The notes beneath the pieces are model-generated. The model had not been told where the DNA came from, did not search any database, and saw only the letters and a list, made by a program, of their open reading frames with translations. From Octopus sinensis (Eukaryota), in the NCBI RefSeq assembly GCF_006345805.1, contig NW_021832227.1, forward strand, positions 248,001-312,000: DNA of 64,000 nt. The letters run 5' to 3'. The translations under genes and the position numbers were made by a program. Positions 48,744 through 59,501 of the stretch are shown piece by piece. Each line of letters begins with the position of its first letter. Within the stretch, counting starts at the first letter, position 1.

Positions 48744-50871
48744 CTAGCTCGGCAGCTCGCTTCGCTCACCGCGACCTAGCTCCTGCGGAGGGCCTGTTTC
48801 ATCAAACAACTATAAGTTTATGTAGATGTATAAAACTACCTGGTTTAATGTAACCCTAGTCGTCCGTCCTTCCTTGGCATATATGAATAAATTTTCTCTT
48901 CTGCCTACCCTCGAGCATCCCACATACAGCTGTCCATGTGAAAAGCACTCACTCTCTAAAAATAACCCAACTACCTTTAATGACTGTCCCTGGGCCTTGT
49001 TTATTGTCATTGCAAACTTTTTTTTTCATTTTTTGTGGTTTATTTTTTTTTATATTTAATTTTTTCATTTTTCCTTTGTAATTTCCTTTTTTTTCTTTTT
49101 TTTATTTTTTTGTTTTTACTGGCGGAAATGGGGCAGGTGGAGATGCGGCAGGCGGAAATGCGGCAGGCAAGAAAGCGACACACAAAAAAGCGACACACAA
49201 AAAAGATTTAATTAATTACCTTATTAAGCTGACCGTTTTTTCTTCAGCTTCGTTTTTCCTCCTTCGGTTATCTATTTAAAAAATTATTTTTGAATAATAA
49301 AAAAGTTTAGGAAAAGAGGCATACCGAAAATAAATTCTATCTTTACGAAAAACTCAAGTAAATAGTTAATATTTTTACGCAAATTCTTCTGATTGCGCTG
49401 TCAATTGGTGGTAAATTGTGTTAATGGTTGTGCTAATGTGGTTTCAACTATCAAAGTGTTTTTCAAAATCTGTTAATTGCACACTCTATTCAAGGTCGTG
49501 CGTCAATTGGTGGTAAATTGTGTTAATGATTGTGCTAATGTGGTTTCAACTATCAAAGTGGTTTTTCAAAATCTGTTAATTGCACACTCTATTCAAAGTC
49601 GTGCAATCTGTGATTGCACATTCTGTCAAAGTCAAATATGATAATAGCTTTAATTTTGATTCATGGTCGATAATGATATATGCATTTAATTTTAAAGAGA
49701 AAAACATAGGATGAATTGAATTTCTTTATCGCGAATAATTGGGAGTTCATCATTGTTAATATTCTCGCTGTCGTTTTCATCAAGGATATTCTTAATACGT
49801 GAGATTTTTGCCTTGAAGGTTTTAATGGACCTCATCATGAATGTCGAGGACATTCGCGTTGTTCATTTTAATCAAAATGCAGAAAATAATTTTTTGATTT
49901 TTTGGGGGGAAGGTTTTAAGGACTTCATCATGTAAGTCGAGGACATTGTAGTTGTTCATTTTAACCAAAATGCAGAAAATTTTTTTTTAATTTTTTTTTG
50001 GGAGGGAAGGTTTTAAGGACTTCATCATGTAAGTCGAGGACATTGTAGTTGTTCATTTTAACCAAAATGCAGAAAATTTTTTTTTAATTTTTTTTGGGGG
50101 GAAGGTTTTAAGGACTTCATCATGTAAGTCGAGGACATTGTAGTTGTTCATTTTAACCAAAATGCAGAAAATTTTTTTTTAATTTTTTTGGGGGGAAGGT
50201 TTTAAGGACTTCATCATGTAAGTCGAGGACATTGTAGTTGTTCATTTTAACCAAAATGCAGAAAATTTTTTTTTAATTTTTTTTGGGGGGAAGGTTTTAA
50301 GGACTTCATCATGTAAGTCGAGGACATTGTAGTTGTTCATTTTAACAAAATGCAGAAAATTTTTTTTTAATTTTTTTTGGGGGGAAGGTTTTAAGGACTT
50401 CATCATGTAAGTCGAGGACATTGTAGTTGTTCATTTTAACAAAATGCAGAAAATTTTTTTTTAATTTTTTTTGGGGGGAAGGTTTTAAGGACTTCATCAT
50501 GTAAGTCGAGGACATTGTAGTTGTTCATTTTAACCAAAATGCAGAAAATTTTTTTTTAATTTTTTTTGGGGGGAAGGTTTTAAGGACTTCATCATGTAAG
50601 TCGAGGACATTGTAGTTGTTCATTTTAACCAAAATGCAGAAAATTTTTTTTTAATTTTTTTTGGGGGGAAGGTTTTAAGGACTTCATCATGTAAGTCGAG
50701 GACATTGTAGTTGTTCATTTTAACCAAAATGCAGAAAATTTTTTTTTAATTTGTTTGGGGGGAAGGTTTTAAGGACCTCATCATGTAAGTCGAGGACATC
50801 GTATTGCCAATTTGAAGTTGGTGTGCACACACAGACAGACAGACACACACCATACCATTTTATTATTAAGA
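48744..50871 (-). mobile_element. Non-autonomous Helitron, copy 2
   Basis: Same 3' hairpin and CTAG (48744-48747) and same 5' TC-microsatellite end as copy 1. Shorter helicase remnant ([19 protein letters not shown]); ~100-bp internal duplication at about 49400-49610. Confidence 0.9.
49810..50800. repeat. ~95-bp tandem array inside Helitron copy 2 (about 10 units plus a degenerate one)
   Basis: Units start at about 49910, 50007, 50102, 50196, 50291, 50385, 50479, 50574, 50669 and 50763. Confidence 0.95.
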
Positions 50872-51082
50872 AATCGGAAAATTCACTACTTAATAGCATA
50901 TAGCTGGAGAATTATTTCAAACTATAGCAAGCGAAAATCTATCAATGAGACGTTGGCATTAAAAAAGGTGTCATGACCTTCCGCACTCAACCTTCAATCT
51001 ACTATGAAAATACGGACGAAAAAAAGTTCTTACATTTTTAAATTAAAGTTTATTTTAATTACGGTTGAATTTAAATAATTTA

Positions 51083-51870
51083 TTATAATAAACTTCTTTC
51101 AATATAGAATTTTTGTTTCATTCTATTTAAATTTTTCATTCTGATTATATGAATGAAAGGCTAAAATTAAAAAAAACAGAGATACCGAAAATATAATCAC
51201 CAACAAAATAAATACTATGAGTATAATTCTATAAACTTTTGCAACAGTGAGAAATTTAGCAACGCATCCCTAAACTACCAAATTCAACATTACCTGTTCA
51301 TACCTAGATTTTCTTTTATAGAAACAGCTGATTGGAGTTTTATTCGTATAATCAAAATGTGAATTTACTCCACAGCACATTAATTTTTGTTGTACAGCAT
51401 CCACAAAATTATGTTTTGATAGATTATCATAGTTTTTAAGTGAATCTATAAATATTTTTTCAACATTTTTCAAGATCTATAATTTTATTTCATTTCTATA
51501 CACATTTATTCTTTGATTTAAGACTACTCCAGTTACACTAAATCCAAATATCAGAATAACGCATATTTTAAACTAAAAAAGAGATTAAGACTCATAAAAA
51601 ATACAATCACATTTAAAATATTTTTCCCGTAAACAAAATAAACAGATCCACTGATTAAGGCAATTAAAGATGAGATACAAAGAAGTATAAAAATCCCTCC
51701 ACTAACAATCAAGTTTGGTTTAGAAAACACTTTATATTGAACTAAATATAGTAAAAGTATTCCGGACATCAAAGATCCAACTACAAGAGTCTATTATAGT
51801 TATAATTACTAATACATACCCCTAAAAATACAAAATAAACCCAAATAAACCACTTAGAGAATTTAATCAT
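51083..51870 (-). CDS. Tetraspanin, multi-exon
   Basis: MIKFSKWFIWVYFVFLG TM1, further TM helices, large loop FVDAVQQKLMCCGVNSHFDY (CCG motif), PISC, GCV, then TM4; short introns. Confidence 0.85.
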
Positions 51871-51954
51871 TTCACAGATTTAAAAATAAACGAAAAATCA
51901 TTCTTTATATAGAAAAAGAATTTTAAGAATTTTCGAGTAAATTATAATTATAAC

Positions 51955-52273
51955 AAACTCGGCAGCTTCATTCACAGCGACCTAGCTCTTGCGAAGGGCC
52001 TGTTTCATTAAACAGCTATAAGTTTATGTAAATATATAAAACGACCTGGATTGATATAACCCTATTTTAACAATAAACCATGTTTGTCATCCGTCTCTCC
52101 TTGGCATATCTGAATAAATTTTCTCTTCTACCTACACTTGAGCATCCCACATAAAACAGTCCACGTGAGAAGGACTCGCTCTCTGAATACAAGCCAATTA
52201 CCTTTACTGACTGTCCCTCGGTCTTGTTTATTATCATCGCAATACTCATTTTCAAGGGAAATTGCACCGCGGA
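51955..52273 (-). mobile_element. Older Helitron 3' fragment of the same family
   Basis: Diverged QFPLKMSIAMIINKTEGQSV..LFYVGCSSV and a degraded terminus; abuts a CRE-like element. Confidence 0.8.
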
Positions 52274-53360
52274 ACCAGAGGCCCTCTCGGATCCTTAAGT
52301 CTTCTCCCGATGGACTGCCCGACCTCGTTGAGGAACGAGTTAGTCTCCTTTCCCGCGGCTCCAGGGAGATTGGCATAATACGGTAACGGTCCGCGAGGGA
52401 AGAATACTTTTGTAGTTTCATCCTTTCGGCGTGGTTTGCAGCCGAACAAGAGTTCGCAGCGGAAGAATCGATCCTCGACTTTGAGAAGGTATCAACAACG
52501 GTAACATCCCATACGAGGGCTTTCCCGGACGATTACGGAAATATTGTCATCCCATCAAGCCTTTTCCCGTCTCCCCAATCGAGTCCGACCGATTCGAGAA
52601 GGCACGAATGGCCCGCGGATTCAAGACCGGCCTTCACGATTTGATTGAGGGTCTTGTGTCTGTATTCCATGCCTGCGCTCCTCTTGCAGGAGAGTAGGTG
52701 CAGTCTCTTTTCGTCAACGGCCTTACCGCATCTGCAGCGGTGTTTTGCGCAAACGTCCAGGCCGAGTCGGTGTGCGACTCCAATGCGCATGACAGTATCG
52801 TCTAGCCACGTCCCGATACTGAAGAGAGGAAGAGCATTCAGCCAGCTGCCAGAGTGAGGGGCGGATGCCGCACGAAGGCATGCCAGGCGGTGTTGGTCAA
52901 GGGTTACCGATAGCTCAGACACACGCGCTCGGCATGCGATAGTGTCCAAGGCACGTTGGGAGGAGAAATCTCCAGGCCTCTCAGAAAAGAAGCGATCCCA
53001 GGTAGCAAGCCCATCCGACAAAGCACCGTCCAGGCAAGATTCGAAAGGTTTGAGTAGGATCTCTGAGGCCAGGTTGTTGCACATCGAAAGGGAGGATAGA
53101 TATGCCAGGAGTGCCAAAGCATCGAGGTGGACGTAGGGGACGGATTCAGCAGCTTTTTTCAGAATGGCGTCGTATGCAAGGAGTAGATCCATTTGCAAGA
53201 AACAGGGATTGCTTCTGAGAATGAAGATAAGTTTCGGCAGATGGATGTTGTTTCTCAGGAGGAAAAAGGCAGTGTGTAAGTCCAGGATAGATAGGTTGGT
53301 TGAAACTCTTTGAAAGTATTCGGTTTTGGCAGCTGAGGCGGGTCGCAGAGGATTGGACAA
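52274..53360 (-). mobile_element. CRE-like fragment lacking both ends
   Basis: LPKLIFILRSNP, HSGSWLNALP, MRIGVAHRLGL..CRCG..HLLSC, GDGKRLDGMTIFP; in-frame stop. Confidence 0.85.
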
Positions 53361-53399
53361 AAAACTGTTAAAATATTCTCCAAAATCTGATCAATTAAT

Positions 53400-53600
53400 T
53401 TGTATTAATCCTTTCGTGCGTGTCCATTTCGCCGGGCGAGAGGCTGGCGCGATCTATAAAGGGTTAGAGCGTACTATCGCAGGGGATATCCGATCAAAAA
53501 ACCATCTCGAAGGAAACACAGTGATCCTGTCCGGTCTCTTCCCATCCCCCAATCGATCCAAGTGGGTTCAAATATGGAGAAGATTCCGGCGACATCAAAA
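53400..53600 (-). mobile_element. Small internally deleted CRE-like remnant
   Basis: GDGKRPDRITVFP joined almost directly to RISPAIVRSN. Confidence 0.5.
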
Positions 53601-53759
53601 TTGCTTATAACTGTTAAAGATCAATCATTTATGAGAAAAACGTTTTGGAATTAACTTAATCGGTTAGCAAGCACGATGAAACAGTTGTAGGATTTTTGTA
53701 ACTAATGAAATCTCAATCACTGGTCAATAATGTTAAATTGCATTAATTGAAATAAGGAT

Positions 53760-54045
53760 TGTGACAGGTAAGAGGCGGAACCACGCCGGAGGCGGAACCT
53801 GGAGGAGGAATTTTTAATAAACAATAATTTTTTGATTTAATTTTCATTGGAAAATCATTTAGGGTTAGGGTTAGAGTTAGGGTTAGTTTTTCACTTGGGG
53901 AAAAAGTGAAATAAATTTGAACAAAAAATGTATATTTGAGTGTTTTAATAAATATTTTAGTGTACAATTTTAATTTTAAAAACAATTTGAAAAATTCCGC
54001 CTCCAGGTTCCGCCTCCGGCGTGGTTCCGTCTCTTACCTGTGACA
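53760..54045. mobile_element. MITE (~286 bp) with ~56-bp GC-rich TIRs and internal telomere-type repeats
   Basis: TGTGACAGGTAAGAGGCGGAACCACGCCGGAGGCGGAACCTGGAGG.. at the left and its reverse complement at the right (3 mismatches). Flanking direct repeat AGGAT (5 bp if the ends are TGT..ACA; AAGGATT, 7 bp, if the ends are one base shorter). Confidence 0.85.
53859..53886 (+). repeat. Interstitial (TTAGGG)n-type repeat, about 4.7 units
   Basis: ttaggg ttaggg ttagag ttaggg ttag. Confidence 0.85.
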
Positions 54046-54269
54046 AGGATTATACTATACTGGACCGATGGGTGCACAGACGGACTTATTGTCACCAGTT
54101 GAGCGTGATAGCAGGCTGAGAACGATCGCGCAAAATCGATTGCCGTAACACCGATAGTTAACAGCAAGCGACTGAGAAGGTTAATTACGAGTCGTTAAGT
54201 ATCCAAACCCAATAAACCTTAATTTCTGTCTTTTGGACAGAAAAGCAATCGAGTCGATTCGTCTAAGCT

Positions 54270-54630
54270 ACTTTTAAATAATTAAATCCGGGAAGCAGCT
54301 TGTTTGGGACGTCACATGTGCCGACTCTTTCGCCAAGGGAGCCTTGAATTCCACTGCTTGTCGACCCGGTTCGTCGGCCGAGAAGACCAAATCTACGAAA
54401 CTGACGAAATAAGAGGATTTGCGCAATCGATTTTGCTTTTGGCCAATTGCCGTTGAGACTTCCTGTGTTTTGGGGTCAAGACGCTTGCTCATTCAAAAAA
54501 ACTTGGCCGTCTGTGCACCCATCGCTCCAGAGATCCCAGGGAATTTATATTCCTTATTCAGAGGATATCGTTGGCTGTTTTACGCGGGAATTGTCTCTCA
54601 ATCCTGCGAGCCGGTACTTAATAGCTAGAT
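54270..54630 (+). mobile_element. CRE-like 3' fragment
   Basis: FKSGKQLVWDVTCADSF..RFCFWPIAVETS; frameshifted. Confidence 0.75.
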
Positions 54631-54769
54631 TTATTTTAATTGTTTTCATTGAAATAAGTGTATAGTAAATTGATGTTGAAAAAGGATTAAGAGCTTTTAA
54701 TTTAAAAGTGTCTGCTAACTGCACTTTCAAGTGGTATTTTAAAATCTCCTAAAATAAACTGTCAAGTTT

Positions 54770-54880
54770 TCTTGGAAGGTTTTAATGAACCTCATCATGT
54801 GAATCGAAAGTATCTCTGTTGTTCGTTTTATTCAGAATGCAGAAAATATTTTTTAGCGGGAAGGTTTTAAGGATCTTCTC
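54770..54880. repeat. Isolated degenerate copy of the Helitron 95-bp unit
   Basis: aaggttttaatgaacctcatcatgtgaatcg..aatgcagaaaat..gggaaggttttaagga. Confidence 0.7.
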
Positions 54881-55473
54881 TGAAGGGTAAATTTCTATCA
54901 TGTGATTGTGCATGTACCGACACTTTCTTCCAGTCTAATCTCATTAACTCGGACTCTGACCCGGAGTTAGAAGCAAGGGCATACAAAAAAAACAAAGCTA
55001 ACCAAATACCAAAAACTTAACGAAGACTGTTTCAGCTGATTGTCTTGGAAAATTCTGAAATGTTTGAATCATCTACTCTCTCTTTTGTCGGACGGATTAA
55101 TTCGTTGATTCGTTGTGTGCACGAAAGACGCTCGTAGGACCCAATGGTTGTTTTAGCACCTCTCAATAGGGATCACCCGGAAGAACTGCTAAGCGATTCT
55201 ATCCGCTGTAGCTGTGTGACCTGTTTCCTTTTTTTGTTTAAATAAAGTTCTTTTTTTAATTATTTAAAAATAAATTATTGTAATTAAATGGAGTATATAA
55301 AGATTTTCCATTTTGTCGTTAGGTGTGTAACCGTGTTTTATTCATATATTATTAATTTTCATTTTTATTCAGTTCTTTACGGTTTTTTAGTTTAATATTT
55401 TTTTATTTGGAAAATGATATTTCTATATTATATATTCATAGTATAATTTTTAGATTGACGAAATCGATTTAAT

Positions 55474-58400
55474 ATGCAAACTGGTACTATGATTTATTTC
55501 TACCTTCAGGTAATCAACAAAACAACATGAAAGAGGATAACAAGTCAAAAAATAGACACATTCCTCAATTTTATACCGCCCCATTCTTCTTTTACCCTAA
55601 TTTTAACGTAAGAAAATATTCTTTAATATTCCAAAGCCCAGAATCGATCCATCGACCCAAAACTCTATGAATGGTTGAGTTTTAGTATTTTATTTTCTAG
55701 GATTTGATCCAATGCACAGGATGCAGTATTATCCGAACATTTTTTATCAAAATATTAATGTTTATATATAAATCTATGCATAGGCACAACACAAGCTTTT
55801 CAATGGTCCAGAACCAACCACATTATCTTCAGAAGAAGTATATTTCGACAAAAGGGTTAAGGAAATTCTCGGACAGCGAGGTATCACAAATCCACTAACC
55901 ATAAGTCCTGAAGAGATGCAATCAGTTTCTATTCTAAGTTAATATTATTTTAGATTCGCGAAACAGCCAAAATTGGTTTGTTACGAAATTCGTCTAATCT
56001 CAATTAGATGTTCAAAAGAGGAAAGAAGAGATAACCAATAGTAAGAAAACGGTGACAGATCGGCTCAATGAAATGGTATAACTTTATTTAAGTCTATTTC
56101 AGAACGATGCAGTTTGCAGTGAAGACAAACAAGAGGTCGAAAAGTCGGGTTTATTTTTTAAAAAGGTCAACTTTTTGTTAGAACCAGATGGCGACAAAGA
56201 GACAGTCTCTGCTGAATATTCCAGTATTAAGAACGAACTTTTTGAGCTGGCTAACAAGGGAAAGAAGTATTTCGAAAACAAGTCAAGTTCTGAGATCTCT
56301 TCGTTTATAGAGATGAAGAATGCGGTACTGAGTTATTATTCATTTTATAGAATCAAACGTGGCTGGATGTAGCTGAAACTATACGAATTGAAGAAGAGGA
56401 ATTGCATCAGAAATATGAAGACTTGTTTGATGAAGAACATGAATTGATTGATGATTGTAATCTGCTTGATACTCATCAAACTCATACCTCCGATGGAAAT
56501 GAGGAGGAACAGCAATGTCAGGAAGAGGAGGAATCAGAGGACCTTGAGAAGAAGAAGGATTTGGATAATAACTATCACAATGTTTTGCTCAAGATGCAGA
56601 GATTTTTAAAATTTACCAACGATTTGGGGTGTTCGTATGAGGCCATTGAATATATTAAAAAATCTGGTCGACCAATATTCACAGAGGATGGCCAAGTAGC
56701 ACTTCGAGCCGAAGGTTAGTTTTTTAGGAAATTTGTTCAGAAATTGTTGAAATACAGAAATCGATTGAGTCTGGAAAAATAAGCAACGGTTCTATAGTTG
56801 TAGAAGATAATTCCACCCTCTCGGAATCTGAAGATGCCCGGAAAAATAATTTGGAGGAGAAAGTTGAAGTATAATTTAATTTTTTAATCGAATTAGTCTG
56901 TCGACGTACCAGAGCAAGTTTCAGATCAAAAAGAGACGAAAAAACGCGTGTGTTATTCAATAAAGGATATCATGTCTATCGTCAATCCTGAGGCATCTAC
57001 AAAAATTCAATCTGCCGAAAATGAAGTTTATTAATGACTTTTAAGTTTTAGGGAAATCTTGAGTCTATTTATCGAACAACGTCAGCAAAAGAAAGGAAGG
57101 TTGTTGAGAAAGTGCGACTTGATACTTTGGGAACCTCGTCTAATGCCATGATTTTGGGAAAACAAGATAAAGTTAAATGAATAAGTACTATATTTTAGAA
57201 TCCTACCAAAAATGTGATAAGCCAAGTGAATAGGCTTACTCCCAACAACTACGGGGAATGTTTGTCCCAATGTGAGGATGCAATATCTAAGTTTGTTAAT
57301 GATTCTTCCCTTGTTGAGGAATGTTCTGCAGCTCTTCTCAACCTGGCTATCTCAAGTTCACTTTCTATTGTTCTTTTGGCTAATTTTATCAACGATTTAC
57401 GCGTTTTTGTTATGTTTTGAGCTTTCTTTAGAAAACTTCTGGTTCGCTTTATGAAAATATTTTGATTTGCTGTCGCCGAGAGCTCAGTTTAAGACACGAG
57501 TCGGATAAGAATTTGGAAGCTTTAAAAGAAAGCAAAAAACAACTTTTGGCGGTTTGGTTTGATTTTCTTATTTTTAGAATATGGAAGACGATTCAAGTTC
57601 TGAAAAATACTGCGAATTGGAATTGTTGGACATCAATATTGTAGATTTGGAGGAGAAGTACAAGTCAAGAATACATCGTTCATTCTCGTTTATTTATTTT
57701 TGATCATCTCAGTCTTTATGGATGGTTTTATAATCTGAAAATGATCAGTTGCGATGAATTTTTTGGTTTTTTGACAAAACTGCAGAATTCAAAACGTTCT
57801 TCCGACATAATTAACTTTTGCAAACTACTAAGTATTGTTGGACCAAATTTGGCTTCGTCGAATGCCAAGGTTACAGTCCAAAGCAATTCGATAATCATAG
57901 AAACTTAAAGAGAGTGTACGTTTCCTTGAGTCTCAATACTCCAATCCCGACATGACGGTAGTTTTTACTATTATGGATTTTATTGACGTCTACAAAGTTA
58001 CATTCATTCAAAATTATTTTGTAATAGTCTAATTTCTCGTCGGAAATTCGAGTTAAAGACGACGCTTGCATTGCTGAAATCAATCGATCTAGATTAATTT
58101 ATTCTTCTGGGAATAAATCGATCAATTCAAAGGAAATTTCAAGAAATATGAAAACAGATGCTGATAACTTCCAGGTGGTTGGAAAAGGCAATATCAATTA
58201 CGATGTGCTCATTTATTGTTATATCATAGGCTAAAAAAATGGATTATAAAACCAATCTTTCTCAGAAAAAAAAGACTGTAGAACAGTCATTTGAATTTAA
58301 GTCCCAGTTTAACTACAGTTGCCTTTCTCCTAATGTACCGGCCGATGATCCTTATATTTTTCCCAGGGATATGTATTTTTTATTTTTTACTATTTATAGT

Positions 58401-59041
58401 TGTCTGGGAAATAGTAGCAATATTTTCCAAAATTCCCTGGCTGAATTAACAGAGAAGGAAATAACCGACATAGCAAATATGATTGTTAATTGTATCCTAT
58501 CGAATGATTTGGAGGTTTTTTATATTTCATTTTCTGTTAGCCTGCAATTGCTTGTTTTCAAAACGCGTGTATGACTAAATCTTCTCTCGAATTCTTTAAT
58601 GAGTTGATTTATAATGTTTTGGACCAAACTGGTTCTCGTACTAAATTTCTTGATTTTTTCGAAGAATTGTTCAAAAGAAAACTTTTAACGAACACATTTA
58701 TACTTGATATGTACAATATCTATTAATTTTTTAGGATTCGGTCTAATATTTCGTGTATTGAGGATATTTTGTATGATTGTCCTAATGCAATACCAGATCT
58801 GGCCAACATTGTTGTACGGTGTTTGGGATCGAATATTGACCTTTTATCTATATTTAAGGTGGTTGTGGACTATTCCAAAGGATCTTCTTTTATTGCTTGT
58901 ATCTTAATTTCATTAAAGAACTGGAAACAGTCTTCAGATGCAGCATTGAATGTTTGGATGCGTTCACAATTGTCACTTATTGATTTTGAATGTTCAGAGG
59001 ACGACCTTTTAGTTAAAACAGTTCAAAATTTGTCTATTTAA
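55474..59041 (+). CDS. EIF4G: eIF4G-family translation initiation factor (MIF4G plus MA3 domains), multi-exon; N-terminal exons uncertain
   Basis: VISQVNRLTPNNY, LLNLAISS, ILICCRREL, YGWFYNLKMI, FCKLLSIVGPNL, FTIMDFIDV form a MIF4G domain. IANMIVNCIL..IACF..YDCPNAIPDLANIV is MA3-like. Acidic low-complexity N-terminal region. Confidence 0.7.
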
Positions 59042-59501
59042 TTATCTGTTTAATTTAATTTGTCGTTTTGTTTCAGTTGTTGCTTTCCTTATTTCTAAAT
59101 GATATTAACTATAATGCAACAGTCAAATAAACTATTAAGTGTGGCCGTGTCCGCCTTTTGTAATGTGAATTTCTGTGGCTTGATTTTCTCAAAGCGATTT
59201 TTTAATTAATGAACTCTAGATAAACTTGACTATTGCTTCGACTTTTTATTGAAACTAATTTCATAAATATCCAATACAAGAAAAAGAGATTTCAATATTT
59301 TTTAATGGCAATGTATGCTCTAATCAAAATATTTATTTTTTTAAAAATTAAAAAAATTTATCAAACCAAGCCTAATAAAAGATTGAATTTTTTATGAATA
59401 ATTAAAAAAATATGTTTTACATATGTAATGATAGAACATGTGTTTTATCAAAATCTATATAAAGAAAGCAATTCTAAATTAAAGTTAAGATATATTTTAT
59501 A

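Noticed and set aside
53859-53886. TTAGGG tract as a true chromosome end or fusion scar
   Set aside because: It is only 28 nt, in one orientation, and enclosed in a TIR element.
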